Part shown: piece after piece, positions 26,934 to 38,535 of the stretch
How positions within the stretch are numbered: position 1 is the first letter of the stretch
Layout of the letters: each line of letters begins with the position of its first letter
From: Candidatus Helarchaeota archaeon
Lineage (GTDB): Archaea > Asgardarchaeota > Lokiarchaeia > Helarchaeales > RDOG01
Length of the DNA stretch: 64,000 nucleotides
Assembly (NCBI GenBank): GCA_019058315.1
Contig: JAHPZH010000007.1
Span: forward strand, 32,001 to 96,000
Direction: 5' to 3'
Notes under the pieces: model-generated
What the model was told of the DNA's origin: nothing
The model's database searches: none
What the model saw: only the letters and a program-made list of their open reading frames with translations
Position numbers and translations under genes: made by a program

Positions 26934-28490
26934 TTATACTTTCATTGCTTCAGGAATTAGTTCAAGTAAATCAGTTGCCATTATATGGTTGCCAAAATAT
27001 TTTTTAGAAGCCAATTTCCCGGCTTTTCCATTGATAAATGCAGCTGAAACAGCTGATTCAAAAACATCTACTTTTTGTCCTATTAAACATGACGAAATAC
27101 CTGTTAATACATCCCCAGTGCCTCCAACAGTCATCGCTGGGCATCCTGTTAAGTTAATTTTAAACTTTTTTCCATCCGAAATTATATCTTCATGACCCTT
27201 AAGTAAAATGGTAACCCTCATCTCCTTAGCTGAGTCAATGACTTTTTGGATTTTTGTCGATAACGACAAATCCTTTAAATCAATTCCAGTTAATATTTTA
27301 AACTCTCCTTCATGAGGAGTTAAGATTATATGTGATTTTGATAAAACTTTCAAATCAAGTGCGATTGCCTTTAAAGCATCGGCATCTATTACTAAAGGAA
27401 TATTAATTTTTTGAATTTTTTTAACAATTTCTACTACAGTTGTTAAAGTTGAGCTATCATTTCCTAAACCTGGTCCAATTGCAACTGAAGTCGCCCAAGG
27501 TAATAAATTATCTATATGTGGTATAGATTCTTCGGATAAAATATCTCCTGGAAAATCTCTAACTATTAAATTTGGAGAATAACTTCTTAAATTAGAAGCA
27601 ACTTTTTCAGGTGTGGCAATGATTACAAGATCTGCCCCAGTTCTATATGCTGCTAAACCTACCAAAGCTGGTGCTCCAGTATAATATTTTCCCCCTCCTA
27701 TTACTAATATTTTTCCAAAATCTCCTTTGTGGCTATGAGGATCTCTTGATCTTTCTAAAAATTTTACATCTCCAGTTCCTACTATGAATTCTGCTTCAGG
27801 AGGAATGCCAATTTCTGAAATTACTAATTTTCCTACAAATTTTTCATTATTTTTTAAACCAATTTTCAATTTATGGAAAGTTATAGTCAGATTTGCTTCA
27901 ATAGCTTTATCATGGATATTTCCATTTAAGGGATCCAAGCCAGAAGGAACATCAATAGCCACTTTAAGAGCTTTAGATTCATTAATAAGGTCTATTGCTG
28001 TAGATATTGGTTCACGTAATTTTCCCTTAACTCCAGTTCCTAATAAACCATCTATTATAATATCAGCTGACAATATTTTTTCTCTTATTGAATTTAGTTG
28101 ATTTGGATTAATAATTTCAAACTTAGAAATTGAAAATTTCATTTGTTCTAAAGCATTCCAATTCCTCTTAGAAATCTCTGTTCTGATTTGAGAGCTATGT
28201 CCTAATAAAAAGACATTTATTTTTGGTTTATAATATGATAGATGACGCGCTGCAACAAAAGCATCGCCACCATTATTTCCCGTTCCTGCAAAAATAAAAA
28301 TAGTTTTATTACTAATATCTGAAATCTCTCTAATTATTTCTTGAGATATCGCTTTACCAGCATTTTCCATTAATAATTCTGTTGGGACTCCTAAATAAGA
28401 GCAATTTTCATCAATCACTGCCATCTGCTTAGGCGTAATTTCCTTTATTCCATATTTTTTAAATAAGGATAAGAATGGTAAATTTTGCAA
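26934..28490 (-). CDS. nnr: Bifunctional NAD(P)H-hydrate epimerase/dehydratase
   Basis: LMENAG, GTGNNGGDA, DGLLGTG, DVPSG, HKGDFG, LTPHEGEF, GGTGDVL. Confidence 0.95.
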   Translation of the reverse strand: MQNLPFLSLFKKYGIKEITPKQMAVIDENCSYLGVPTELLMENAGKAISQEIIREISDISNKTIFIFAGTGNNGGDAFVAARHLSYYKPKINVFLLGHSSQIRTEISKRNWNALEQMKFSISKFEIINPNQLNSIREKILSADIIIDGLLGTGVKGKLREPISTAIDLINESKALKVAIDVPSGLDPLNGNIHDKAIEANLTITFHKLKIGLKNNEKFVGKLVISEIGIPPEAEFIVGTGDVKFLERSRDPHSHKGDFGKILVIGGGKYYTGAPALVGLAAYRTGADLVIIATPEKVASNLRSYSPNLIVRDFPGDILSEESIPHIDNLLPWATSVAIGPGLGNDSSTLTTVVEIVKKIQKINIPLVIDADALKAIALDLKVLSKSHIILTPHEGEFKILTGIDLKDLSLSTKIQKVIDSAKEMRVTILLKGHEDIISDGKKFKINLTGCPAMTVGGTGDVLTGISSCLIGQKVDVFESAVSAAFINGKAGKLASKKYFGNHIMATDLLELIPEAMKV

Positions 28491-28513
28491 ATTTATTCAT
28501 CCCCTATAAACCT

Positions 28514-31500
28514 TTAAAAAACTGAAGGTGCTTTTTTTCTTTTATCCTTATCTTCTTCCTTTTTCTTAACAGGTTGTTCTGAGACTAATTTTTTCTTTTC
28601 CACTTCTTTTATCTTTCTCACTCGATTTAATAATAGAACCATTATTAATATAATTGAAATAAATGGGAGAACATAAAGTAATAAAATGTTAGGAATGGAC
28701 ATAATTACTTCTGTTATATAAAGCCTTGAATATTTCAATTCAAGTCCATTATCTGAGAATAGATAAACTTGGATATGGAGATATTTTAGACCTATATCCC
28801 ATGGTAAGGTTTTAAATAGACAAGGAATTGCCATAACTTTAGAAGCAAAAGCATCAATATGTGAACTTATGAGCATTGGTTGAAATCCACCAGTGCCAAA
28901 AACACCAATTACAACACGAACTGGTGTAGATCGATAATTTTCAATCTCTACTGTAAGTAAAGTGGTTTGATCTTGGTAGAGGGCCACTGGAGTCACTATT
29001 GTACCTACTTCTAAGTCAGGAGTAACCTTAATTGAGAAATAATAATCTATTGAATAATTAACCCAAGAAACCTTAATATTTCCTGAATATTCACCATAAG
29101 GAACTAAATTTTTTACAGATAAAGGAATATAAAAATAAGATTCGGCATTTGGGGATAAAGTCTCATTCATTTCAACGTAATCTAAAGCCTCTGGCAGAAA
29201 TATCTCTAATGTAAAATTTAAATCTACTAATAATTTTTGATTTTTTACTTTTATAATTGCATAACGTAGATCTCCCTCTGCGATTTGAGTTGGAATTCCC
29301 ATTCTTTCTGGATCTGTAGAATTTTTAACATCTACTAAAAGAGTTTCATTACTTATGTATTTATCTTGAAAATACAAATTTGTTATTAATTTATAATCTT
29401 CTTTAGGAATTGTTCTCTCATCTAATTTTACAAGAACAATTTGTTTAGTATATCCTACGTCTACTAAATAATTAATTAGTGATGAATTTGTGATAAAAAT
29501 ATCCCCATGAGCAGTCAAATTAACCACTGCAGCCTCTCTTCTATCATTTTTTAGAGTAAGATTGCATTGTAAAAAGTCTCCTTGAGCCACATCATCAGTT
29601 AGACTGTCTATATAGGCAATATAAATTCCATAACCTACTTGGATATACATTTTAGTCACTGCACTAGCGTACCACATTTTAGGTTCAGTATTTGAAGGTC
29701 CACTTGTTGCAGTAATTGTAACATTATAAATTCCGATTGCCTCATCTATATTCCTAGTAGGTCCAAATGATATTGTTGCTACTCCATCCTTAGTAGTTAT
29801 GAACGTTCTATTAACATAAAGAGAACCATCAGGATTTAAAACTATAAAATTTACTCTTGCATTTGGGATTGGGGTAGAAGGTTTTCCTAGAAAAAAATCA
29901 GAGCTTCCATATGTCACATTTATAGTGATTCTATCCTCTCCTAAAATAAATTCCTTCCAACGTAAATAATTATCTTCATGAATTACTACATCTGATAATA
30001 CTCTTTTATTTTTTATAGCAATTGGTGAAGTCGGAAAGCCAAGTAGTTGATAATCTAGAGTGGTTTCTAATCTTTGTAGATATCGAACGTTCCATAATGC
30101 AGGACTAGAAGAATTAATTCCAAAAATACAAAAAATAATTTTTTCTGCATTTGAAATATTGATATATTCACCAATATAGAAATTATTACCGCTTGAGTTA
30201 AAGGTAGCATTCACTCTATAAATAAAACTCTGGTAAGTTATGCCTTCTATTGTATCAAGACCTATTATATTCAAAGTTACATTTGCATCTGTTATATTAT
30301 CTGTAAGATTATAATACAAAGATAAAGTCACATTCATAATTTCTCCATTAGGAGGATCTGTACTAGGAATAAAATCTGTGTCATCAGTTAACCAAGGTGT
30401 AGTAGTATCATTCCAATAAGTTGAATTAATTAAATTAAAGAATTTTACTAAACATTTAATTAATAAAGCGTTTGAATCAAGAATAGAGTATGAATATTGT
30501 GGTCTGATAAAATTTGTTTTATTGACGTTGTCTCTATACCCGAAGAAGTATATTATTTCATCTTGAAACTGAAAATTGAGATAGAACGAATTTATATTAT
30601 TCATAATCTTTTCTGCTTGATAATATATTGTATGATTTTGAGTAATTTTAAAAAGTTCAATAAAAGCTAATAGTGCCCAAGCATTTGATATGGAATTTTT
30701 AGATGTTTCCTGCTCTGAAAGAGGTAAAGACCAATTTGCAAAAAGATATGGATAAAAACCAGTATCATTAGAATCCCAGAGATATCTGAACATTAAATTT
30801 GCGAGATATTCAGACTGATTCAGAAAAGCTGTATTGTTTAAAATTTCATAAAATTTTATTAGACTTAGAATTCCGAGAGCATTAGCTTGAGTTTCTTTAT
30901 AGCTTAATGTAAGATTCCAAGCTCCTTCTGAATTTGGATTTAATGAAAGATAACCTCCTCCATTCGATGCATTCTTATCCCAGATTTCTTTAGTGGTATT
31001 TAATAAATAAAAAGTTTCATTTGCCATTTTAAAAGCATTTTGTGTAATATTCGAATTAATTTCACTAGTCTGATTTATTTGTAAGGCAGCTAAAATCGTC
31101 AAAAAATTACCAGCTATATCCCTTGTCTCATTCGAAAACGATTTATTTGTATTTATGTAACCATAATTTATAGGATCCCAAAATGTAGCATTAAGATATA
31201 ACCAAGTTTCATTTGCCCTCCTTAAATAATCCGAATTTCCAGTCTGATTATATAACTCTAATAAAGTTAAGACTGCAAACGCATTATCAACTAATCGAGT
31301 TTCATTTAAAGGATTTTTTAGATCGGTACCACATCTTTCTATAAATCCAGTCACATTAGCTTCGACAATACTATTATTAATATAAACACTTTGATTAGCT
31401 CTTAATTTGATATTTAAAAAACTATAAACCCTATCAATAAATGTGTCATAAGTGTTATTTTCATACCAGGAACGGGCATACATAATAGGACCCATTAGCT

Positions 31501-34500
31501 GATATAAGCTGGAAATTGATTCTAAAATCATAAAATTATTGTAAGCATATTTATTTTCTGTATCTAAACCTTGAAGAAATCCATCAGCATAATCTTCATC
31601 TGTCCAAAAAGTTTGTGTCAACCAAGTTAAAGTATCTTGAGCAATTTGGATGTAAGTCGGAAATTTTCTATAGAATTTAAAAATATAAAATCCCGCTGTG
31701 AAACTTGATTTATTAAAAATTAATATATTAACAGAAATAGTATAGCTTAATCTTGATACATTTATTGTAGTTTTATAGATATTATCCACAATATTAACAA
31801 AATTAAAAACCTGATCTATACCAATTATAATTGCAAAGGCAGTTGCATTTTGAAGTGGAATACCCTCATCATCAAAAATTTCAATTTCAATTTCATATAA
31901 ATCTTCAATTTTTCCTGTTATTTTCTGTTCAACTATAAAATTATTTGCTACTGGTGGATCTTTTAAATTCAATCGTATTTTATATAAATTAGTTAACGCT
32001 CTACATATGGAAAGCGAAGAATAAATATCCGCTTGGGGTGGATTAATAAATCCATTAAACGATGATTTATTTGCGTATGCACCCGCAAGAAAGTCTGGTG
32101 TCCAAAAAAAAGTATTAATAAAAAATGAAATATTTTCTGCCATAATATAGTGCGTATAGTTATTTGAAAAATCATAAAGATCTGAAAAAGCTAAAATTGC
32201 AAAGCTGTTATCTTTTAATGTTTTATTAGTATTAATAATGCCAAAAGTACCATTATAATATGAATAAAATCCTAAAAATCTCGAATCCCATAAATAATTC
32301 AACATAAAATCTGAAGTTTGATTTATTGTGGTATAATAAGTATCATTATTTACATCATTAGGATACTGTTTGAGATATTCTAATATGGTAAGAATTGCTA
32401 AAGAATTAATTAATGTTGATTTTTCATCTATTTCATGTAAAGGTTGCCAAGTATAATTGAATCTTGAGTAAAAGCCATAATTAATTGAATCCCAAAGCTT
32501 ATCTATAGTCTCATTTAATGTATAATTCGCCAAATTTAAAGCTTGAGTTCTGATTGTTTGATTTATTTGGTCATTACTTGCAATTCCTAAATTTGCTAAA
32601 ATAGCTAATAAATTATCATATAAATTCTTTGTATTATCAGTTGAGGAATTAGTTGAATTATATCCACCATTTACACTATCCCAAAATGTAAAATTCAAAT
32701 ATTTCCAAGTTGCATTAGCCAGTTCCAGATAACTAGTATCATTTGTGATATCATATAATTTTAGGAATGTAATAATTGCCCATGCATTATCTTTACATAA
32801 TGTAAGATTTGAAATTTGAGTTCCATTTACATCGGTTTCTGAAATAAAACCCAATGAAGTCATATTTCCAACTTTAAAATTATTAATGAGAAAATCTGTA
32901 GAATTTAAAGAATAATTTAACATTATTTGATCAATTGCAATTTTTGACCAATCAATAGCAGTATTCAACCCTGTAGATTCAATAAAATCTAAAATTGTAT
33001 AAATTGCATAAAAATTTTCTTCGGCAGATTTATTTAAATTGGTCCCATTAGTATTATAAAATCCAGAATTTAAAGAATCATAAAAACCTAATGTAAGTGA
33101 ACTTAAAGTAGTAAATAATCTTGACTCATAGGTTGAAAATGTTCTATTAGATAATATCAAATTCCATGATGCACCATATGATTCATTTAAAATAAGGTGA
33201 TTTAAATATATTTTTGCATAATATGGCGAGAAATCCAAATTGAAATTATAAATATTCGAATTTTTAGAGGTAAAATTAAATTTCTGACCTAAACCAAAAA
33301 TAGGACTTAACCCAGTATTATCTACAAATCCACTCAGAAAGATCATTGCATCTGCGTTTTCTAATTTATTTCCATCTGTATCATAAACAACGAGATTTGC
33401 ATCGAAATACCTTCCTAATGAGTTTAATTTTGAATTATTGACTTTTATATTTACTAAGGGAGAAAGAGATAATTTATCTTGACTTTGGGATACAGCTATT
33501 AATGCTCTAATCGCCATAAATTCAGAAAATGGGGTTTTTAATTCTCTAATATCAACTTCTTGCTTATAATAACCAGTAAAATACCCTCCAGTTTCATAAT
33601 CCCACAAGTAAAGATTAAGAAAATTCAATATTTCTTCAGATTTACTATAATATGTATAATTATTAGTATCTTCAAATAATTTACTATATGCTAAAATTGC
33701 CCAACTATTGTCTGATGTGGATTTATTCAATCCAATAATAGTTCCATTATGATTGGAATAATCAAAGAATCCTCCTAAATCGTTATCCCATAGAGAATTT
33801 TGGATGAAAATCAATGTTTTATTAATTCTGTCATAGTAAGTTGAATTATATATATCATCAGGAAAAAGCTCAAGATATCGTGAATGGACTAAAATTGATA
33901 AGCTATTTGAATCAAGCCTTTTTGCATCAATTCTATTTTGATGACCTGAAGAAATTCCCCATGACTCATTGGCTGAAGTATAAAATCCCCAAGAATCATT
34001 ATCCCACGTATTATTATTAATTAACTGTAGTGTAATATTCGCCATCTTTGTAGCATTACCTTGAAGTGATGGGTAAATGCTACTTATATTCGCTACCTCT
34101 AAATTTGCAAGAATTGTTAGGAAATGATCAAAGGTATAACGATTGATTTGGTTATTGAATGGTGAAGATTTATTATAATATCCTCCAGTAGCGTTATACC
34201 ATAATGTATTATTAATATAATGCCAAGTTTTGTTAATTTCTTGCAAATAAATTGTATCATTTGTTATTTTATAAAGTTCTGATAATGCAAGAAGTGCATA
34301 GGTATTTTCAATTAATGAGCTTGAATTTATTAAATCTCCATTTTTATCCGTTCCAATATAATAATAGCTTTCAGTAGAATTATTAAATGTTGAATTATAA
34401 AACGTTGAATTAATACGATTATAAATCTCAATAGAATTATTATAAATATAATTAGTCAGATTTGTCTCTGCACCCAATTCAAATAATGTTAGCATTGCTA

Positions 34501-36001
34501 GAAAATTATCTATAACCGTTTCATATTCCGAACCTTGGTATTGATCGTGATCACGGGTCAAAGACGTGTAAAAACCAATATCCTCTGGCCTTATATGCTC
34601 TAATAGAAGTCTCATTGTAGTATTAGCTCGTGTTAAATAAATATCAGGAAAACGAAATTCTAACAATCCTAAGATCGCAATAGAATTTGCTCTTGTACTT
34701 TTTTTAGTAGAGTTTTGAGCACTTGCACCAGAATCCATAGAATAATTATATATCTTATTATTGACGTCCCACAAATGATTATTAAGGAAATAAGAAATAT
34801 TTCGCCCCTGAAGATAATAAGTTATATTATTAGTTTTTTCATAAAGTTTTAAAAACGCTTGCATCGCCCATGAATTAGTTTCTAAATATTTAGTTGTGTC
34901 AGTAATCGAATAATTTAATCCTTGTAATACTATATCATAAAAATTATTCCATAGGAAATTAGAGATGTTTTCAGCTATTCTAACATAAGTTTCATTAAGT
35001 GTGGACTGGGATAATTCTAATAAAGAAAGAATACCAAGTGAATTTACATGAGTTTGATTTCCAAAATTCTTTATACTCCAATTTCTACTATAATTTAGGA
35101 CTAAACCGTTTGAAATGTTAAAATCCTCTAAAATCTTACTCATTATGGTCTCGGACCTTCTTAATGCATTTATTTGATATTCGTAATCGTATTCATAAGT
35201 CCGATATACCTCTAGATTCATTAAAATTGAAATTAAATTGTCTATTGTGTATTTAGAAAGATCATTAGTATCATTACTTTTAAAATAACCATAATATTCC
35301 GAATCCCAAAGTTCCTCATTCATATAAGTTAAAGTTTGATTGGCAATCTCCAGTAATGTAATATTCTCTGTAACTTCATATAACTTTAGTAGTGCCAAAA
35401 TTGCCATAGCATTGTCTGAACTATAGGTTTCATTTGAATAATTTGTTTCATTATCAAAATAATTAATAAAACCTGTTAAACCACCAGTTGAAACATTAAA
35501 ATAACAATTATTTAACAAGAAATCCATAGTTTGATTAGCTATTTGCAAATAATTCACAGATTTATTACTTAAATAAACATCAACAAGGTTAATTATCATT
35601 AATGCATTAGTTAAAGTATACTTTCTTGTGTTATTTTGGCTACCATTTAAATATACATACTCATAAAAACTCCCTTCACTCGAATTCAACAAATTTCTAA
35701 AAATGAAGTCGAATGAATTGTTAATATTATCAAAAACAAATTCCTTGTAGCGATAATAATAATTTGATAAATAAATATCTTCTTGACTCTCTATGTCGCT
35801 AGGTTCTTCGGGATATGGTTCTTGGGCTGAAGTTCCTAAAGGGGGAAGTTCATCAAGAACTGGTAAATCATCTGGCATAATTCCTGCATTATTTTCAGTA
35901 TAATTCGAATCTGGGGGAATATACTGATTTTGGGCAGTTATGAAAAAATTCATAATTATAACTGAACAAACGACTAAAATCGCTAGCGATTTTCTTCTCA
36001 T
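28514..36001 (-). CDS. Giant membrane-anchored surface glycoprotein with four (alpha/alpha)6 six-hairpin-glycosidase-like repeats and Ig-like domains
   Basis: Signal peptide; repeated LLxLYxxTxNxxYLxxAxxT...LWD....GFY motifs; dense N-x-S/T sequons; C-terminal TM with basic tail. Confidence 0.75.
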   Translation of the reverse strand: MRRKSLAILVVCSVIIMNFFITAQNQYIPPDSNYTENNAGIMPDDLPVLDELPPLGTSAQEPYPEEPSDIESQEDIYLSNYYYRYKEFVFDNINNSFDFIFRNLLNSSEGSFYEYVYLNGSQNNTRKYTLTNALMIINLVDVYLSNKSVNYLQIANQTMDFLLNNCYFNVSTGGLTGFINYFDNETNYSNETYSSDNAMAILALLKLYEVTENITLLEIANQTLTYMNEELWDSEYYGYFKSNDTNDLSKYTIDNLISILMNLEVYRTYEYDYEYQINALRRSETIMSKILEDFNISNGLVLNYSRNWSIKNFGNQTHVNSLGILSLLELSQSTLNETYVRIAENISNFLWNNFYDIVLQGLNYSITDTTKYLETNSWAMQAFLKLYEKTNNITYYLQGRNISYFLNNHLWDVNNKIYNYSMDSGASAQNSTKKSTRANSIAILGLLEFRFPDIYLTRANTTMRLLLEHIRPEDIGFYTSLTRDHDQYQGSEYETVIDNFLAMLTLFELGAETNLTNYIYNNSIEIYNRINSTFYNSTFNNSTESYYYIGTDKNGDLINSSSLIENTYALLALSELYKITNDTIYLQEINKTWHYINNTLWYNATGGYYNKSSPFNNQINRYTFDHFLTILANLEVANISSIYPSLQGNATKMANITLQLINNNTWDNDSWGFYTSANESWGISSGHQNRIDAKRLDSNSLSILVHSRYLELFPDDIYNSTYYDRINKTLIFIQNSLWDNDLGGFFDYSNHNGTIIGLNKSTSDNSWAILAYSKLFEDTNNYTYYSKSEEILNFLNLYLWDYETGGYFTGYYKQEVDIRELKTPFSEFMAIRALIAVSQSQDKLSLSPLVNIKVNNSKLNSLGRYFDANLVVYDTDGNKLENADAMIFLSGFVDNTGLSPIFGLGQKFNFTSKNSNIYNFNLDFSPYYAKIYLNHLILNESYGASWNLILSNRTFSTYESRLFTTLSSLTLGFYDSLNSGFYNTNGTNLNKSAEENFYAIYTILDFIESTGLNTAIDWSKIAIDQIMLNYSLNSTDFLINNFKVGNMTSLGFISETDVNGTQISNLTLCKDNAWAIITFLKLYDITNDTSYLELANATWKYLNFTFWDSVNGGYNSTNSSTDNTKNLYDNLLAILANLGIASNDQINQTIRTQALNLANYTLNETIDKLWDSINYGFYSRFNYTWQPLHEIDEKSTLINSLAILTILEYLKQYPNDVNNDTYYTTINQTSDFMLNYLWDSRFLGFYSYYNGTFGIINTNKTLKDNSFAILAFSDLYDFSNNYTHYIMAENISFFINTFFWTPDFLAGAYANKSSFNGFINPPQADIYSSLSICRALTNLYKIRLNLKDPPVANNFIVEQKITGKIEDLYEIEIEIFDDEGIPLQNATAFAIIIGIDQVFNFVNIVDNIYKTTINVSRLSYTISVNILIFNKSSFTAGFYIFKFYRKFPTYIQIAQDTLTWLTQTFWTDEDYADGFLQGLDTENKYAYNNFMILESISSLYQLMGPIMYARSWYENNTYDTFIDRVYSFLNIKLRANQSVYINNSIVEANVTGFIERCGTDLKNPLNETRLVDNAFAVLTLLELYNQTGNSDYLRRANETWLYLNATFWDPINYGYINTNKSFSNETRDIAGNFLTILAALQINQTSEINSNITQNAFKMANETFYLLNTTKEIWDKNASNGGGYLSLNPNSEGAWNLTLSYKETQANALGILSLIKFYEILNNTAFLNQSEYLANLMFRYLWDSNDTGFYPYLFANWSLPLSEQETSKNSISNAWALLAFIELFKITQNHTIYYQAEKIMNNINSFYLNFQFQDEIIYFFGYRDNVNKTNFIRPQYSYSILDSNALLIKCLVKFFNLINSTYWNDTTTPWLTDDTDFIPSTDPPNGEIMNVTLSLYYNLTDNITDANVTLNIIGLDTIEGITYQSFIYRVNATFNSSGNNFYIGEYINISNAEKIIFCIFGINSSSPALWNVRYLQRLETTLDYQLLGFPTSPIAIKNKRVLSDVVIHEDNYLRWKEFILGEDRITINVTYGSSDFFLGKPSTPIPNARVNFIVLNPDGSLYVNRTFITTKDGVATISFGPTRNIDEAIGIYNVTITATSGPSNTEPKMWYASAVTKMYIQVGYGIYIAYIDSLTDDVAQGDFLQCNLTLKNDRREAAVVNLTAHGDIFITNSSLINYLVDVGYTKQIVLVKLDERTIPKEDYKLITNLYFQDKYISNETLLVDVKNSTDPERMGIPTQIAEGDLRYAIIKVKNQKLLVDLNFTLEIFLPEALDYVEMNETLSPNAESYFYIPLSVKNLVPYGEYSGNIKVSWVNYSIDYYFSIKVTPDLEVGTIVTPVALYQDQTTLLTVEIENYRSTPVRVVIGVFGTGGFQPMLISSHIDAFASKVMAIPCLFKTLPWDIGLKYLHIQVYLFSDNGLELKYSRLYITEVIMSIPNILLLYVLPFISIILIMVLLLNRVRKIKEVEKKKLVSEQPVKKKEEDKDKRKKAPSVF

Positions 36002-36187
36002 CTATTAGAATTCTCCAGAAACTTAAACTATAGTAGTTTTACTTTTTAGGTTTTAAAATGTTATTAATAAAAATAATTTAATTCTAAATGAAATAAATAA
36101 GATTTGGTATTTTTAATTCAATAAAAGATACCGTTGTTTTTCTTAAAAAACACAAATTAAATATGAAATTGACTCTAATTATTAGTA

Positions 36188-37351
36188 TTATTCATCTCTA
36201 AACTTAGTATTTCTACCAATTCCTGTTGAAATAATATTAGATGGCTCTAATCTTTCGTTTATCTGAGTTTGATGATTAATATTTAAAAAAACACCGTCAA
36301 ACAGTTCATCAAGAGATAAATTAAGCTCTTCAATAGGATTAATCCATTTTCCTTTTGGATAATTTTGTTGAAACCGGTTCTCAGGGTCGGATTTATTTTT
36401 TATATTTGGTAACTCTGTATTTAAAGTTTGAATCGGATAGGGTATTCCTCTTTTTATAACTCGATTTACAAACCAATCCCAAATCTCTGCATGGATGTTT
36501 TTGAACATTTCTCTATTTTTTTCTTCAAATGGTTGTAGATACATCATATGCTCTGTTGTGAGTCCTGTGACTTTAACTGTGAAATCCGAACGACCCATAT
36601 GCATGAAAGTGTTCAACATTGACGGCCATGGTGCTTGGGCAAATATATAGTCAGGAAGTTTATAAATTTCCTTTGCTCCCCAACCATCCCATCCCATAGC
36701 AACTGATTCATAATTTGAAGGTTCAAATAGTAAATTAAGTGCAAAAGTTTCATAGGCGTTAATACAATAGTAATCTGCTAAAGCCCATTGTGGAGTCCTT
36801 TCATTTCGAATATCTTTTAAAATGTCGATTAAGCGTAAACTGGATTTTTTAATCTCTTTAATTTTTTTAGGAAGTTCTCTTATTTTATATCCTAATTTCA
36901 TATGCCTTCTATCTAATAATTCATCTTCAGGGTGCACAAACCACCAATCTACCGGAAGTCCATCCTCTAAGTGTCCGTTAAGCAGTCCAAAAACTTCTTT
37001 TGTGTCATGTTTTAAAATAATATATGTAACATCCGCAGAATCCCCACTAAATAGTTTTTGAGTACCTTGAAGCAAATCTGCTCGTATTGAGACATTAGGT
37101 AATATAATAGTATATGAAAGGATTTTCTCAGGATTAGTCATTTCTTGGGTAATAACACTTTTTGAGGTCTTTATCGATTCATTAAATCGAGTTTCAAAAA
37201 AATCATAACAGGTGTCCTGACTATCTTTCGAAAATTTTGAAAATCTTTCAAAACCAAACTCTTTAAAAAGCTCCCACATATTATGAATTAAAGGTAAATA
37301 TGGTTTAATAGAAATTTCTTCGGGAATATCACCATATGTATATTTTGACAT
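36188..37351 (-). CDS. Hypothetical protein
   Basis: 387-aa ORF with GGAG SD; no motif recognised. Confidence 0.8.
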   Translation of the reverse strand: MSKYTYGDIPEEISIKPYLPLIHNMWELFKEFGFERFSKFSKDSQDTCYDFFETRFNESIKTSKSVITQEMTNPEKILSYTIILPNVSIRADLLQGTQKLFSGDSADVTYIILKHDTKEVFGLLNGHLEDGLPVDWWFVHPEDELLDRRHMKLGYKIRELPKKIKEIKKSSLRLIDILKDIRNERTPQWALADYYCINAYETFALNLLFEPSNYESVAMGWDGWGAKEIYKLPDYIFAQAPWPSMLNTFMHMGRSDFTVKVTGLTTEHMMYLQPFEEKNREMFKNIHAEIWDWFVNRVIKRGIPYPIQTLNTELPNIKNKSDPENRFQQNYPKGKWINPIEELNLSLDELFDGVFLNINHQTQINERLEPSNIISTGIGRNTKFRDE

Positions 37352-37553
37352 ATTAGAAACTCCTAAATCTAAAATTCACTTTTTTTGAATTTATCTTCTT
37401 CAATAAGGCAAATTTATTTATCAAAACATTTTTGTCTCTTATAGTTAATTTTTTCCTTTTAATTAAACCAAAACTTATTTAAAATTGGTAATAAAGGAAA
37501 TATTTTGAAATAGTAAAGCATAAAATTGGACTTCAAAAAAAGGAGAATATGAA

Positions 37554-38501
37554 TTGCCCAAGGGTTTGGCTTTGTTTGGTTGGACTAATAAAGAAGGCTT
37601 TTTTCTCATTGACTGTGTACCAAATGACATTAGACGCTTATTAGATGACGAAACAGTAATGAGAATAGGGTCATTACATAGACTACGTAAATTAGACCCA
37701 AATTTTCTAACTTTAAATTTACCTAATTTTAAGATAGCTAGCTTTTTTTCAGGAATGAAGACTGCTAGATTTATAATTACTCCAAACTTTACTCTAACAT
37801 TAATTTTAGATTTAGAGGAAAATCCACATAAATTTTCAGCAATTCTCCCTACTGCTGCAAAAGCAGTTTTAAATACTTTAAGCGGAGAAAAACAACGATT
37901 TGATACAAGAACTGCGAGAATGGGGGATGTTTTAGCCGCTATCGGTAAAGAATACAAAGATGTATTGCCTAGAATTTTTGATGATATTTGTAATGATCGC
38001 GTTCAACATGCAATGAGTGTAGAAGACTTATTAGATGAAGCTGGATATGTTGAAGAAGAAATTTCTGAAGCTGAAAAACAACTACAACAATTAAGAGATA
38101 TTATTGAAGAAAGGGATGGGATGATTAAAATGTTACAAAAAATGCTTTCAGAACAAGAAAAATCTGCTGGCGATACTTTTGGACCGTCCGTTTCCGATTA
38201 TACTTCAATGATTCAAGATTTACAAAACAAATTAACTGAAGAGAAACGAATTAACAAAGATTTATTAGATAAAAAACAAAAACTTGAAGCTCAAATTGAA
38301 CGATCCCCTTTGATGGAAAATAAATTACGTTCTTTACAAGCAGATTTAAGAGAAAGAGAGGGAATAATTCAAGAACAAAAAGATAAAATTCGGGAACTAG
38401 AAGAAGCTTTAAAAGGTGGAGGAGCTGTAAGTTCAACATCAACTACAACATCTTCCACTTCAAGTACGTCGGGGGGTAAAAGTCGCTATATACCACTTTA
38501 A
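37554..38501 (+). CDS. Longin/uDENN-like N-terminal domain + coiled coil
   Basis: LALFGWTNKEGFFLIDCVP pattern, then heptad-rich region and S/T-rich tail. Confidence 0.6.
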   Translation: MPKGLALFGWTNKEGFFLIDCVPNDIRRLLDDETVMRIGSLHRLRKLDPNFLTLNLPNFKIASFFSGMKTARFIITPNFTLTLILDLEENPHKFSAILPTAAKAVLNTLSGEKQRFDTRTARMGDVLAAIGKEYKDVLPRIFDDICNDRVQHAMSVEDLLDEAGYVEEEISEAEKQLQQLRDIIEERDGMIKMLQKMLSEQEKSAGDTFGPSVSDYTSMIQDLQNKLTEEKRINKDLLDKKQKLEAQIERSPLMENKLRSLQADLREREGIIQEQKDKIRELEEALKGGGAVSSTSTTTSSTSSTSGGKSRYIPL

Positions 38502-38535
38502 AATTAATAATTTTGTTCAAACACTTTTTAATTAA

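Noticed and set aside
37475-37957. 160-aa minus-strand ORF and other antisense track ORFs (e.g. 12982+, 16548+, 27784+, 46595-, 57020-, 62669-)
   Set aside because: They overlap better-supported genes on the opposite strand and show no motifs
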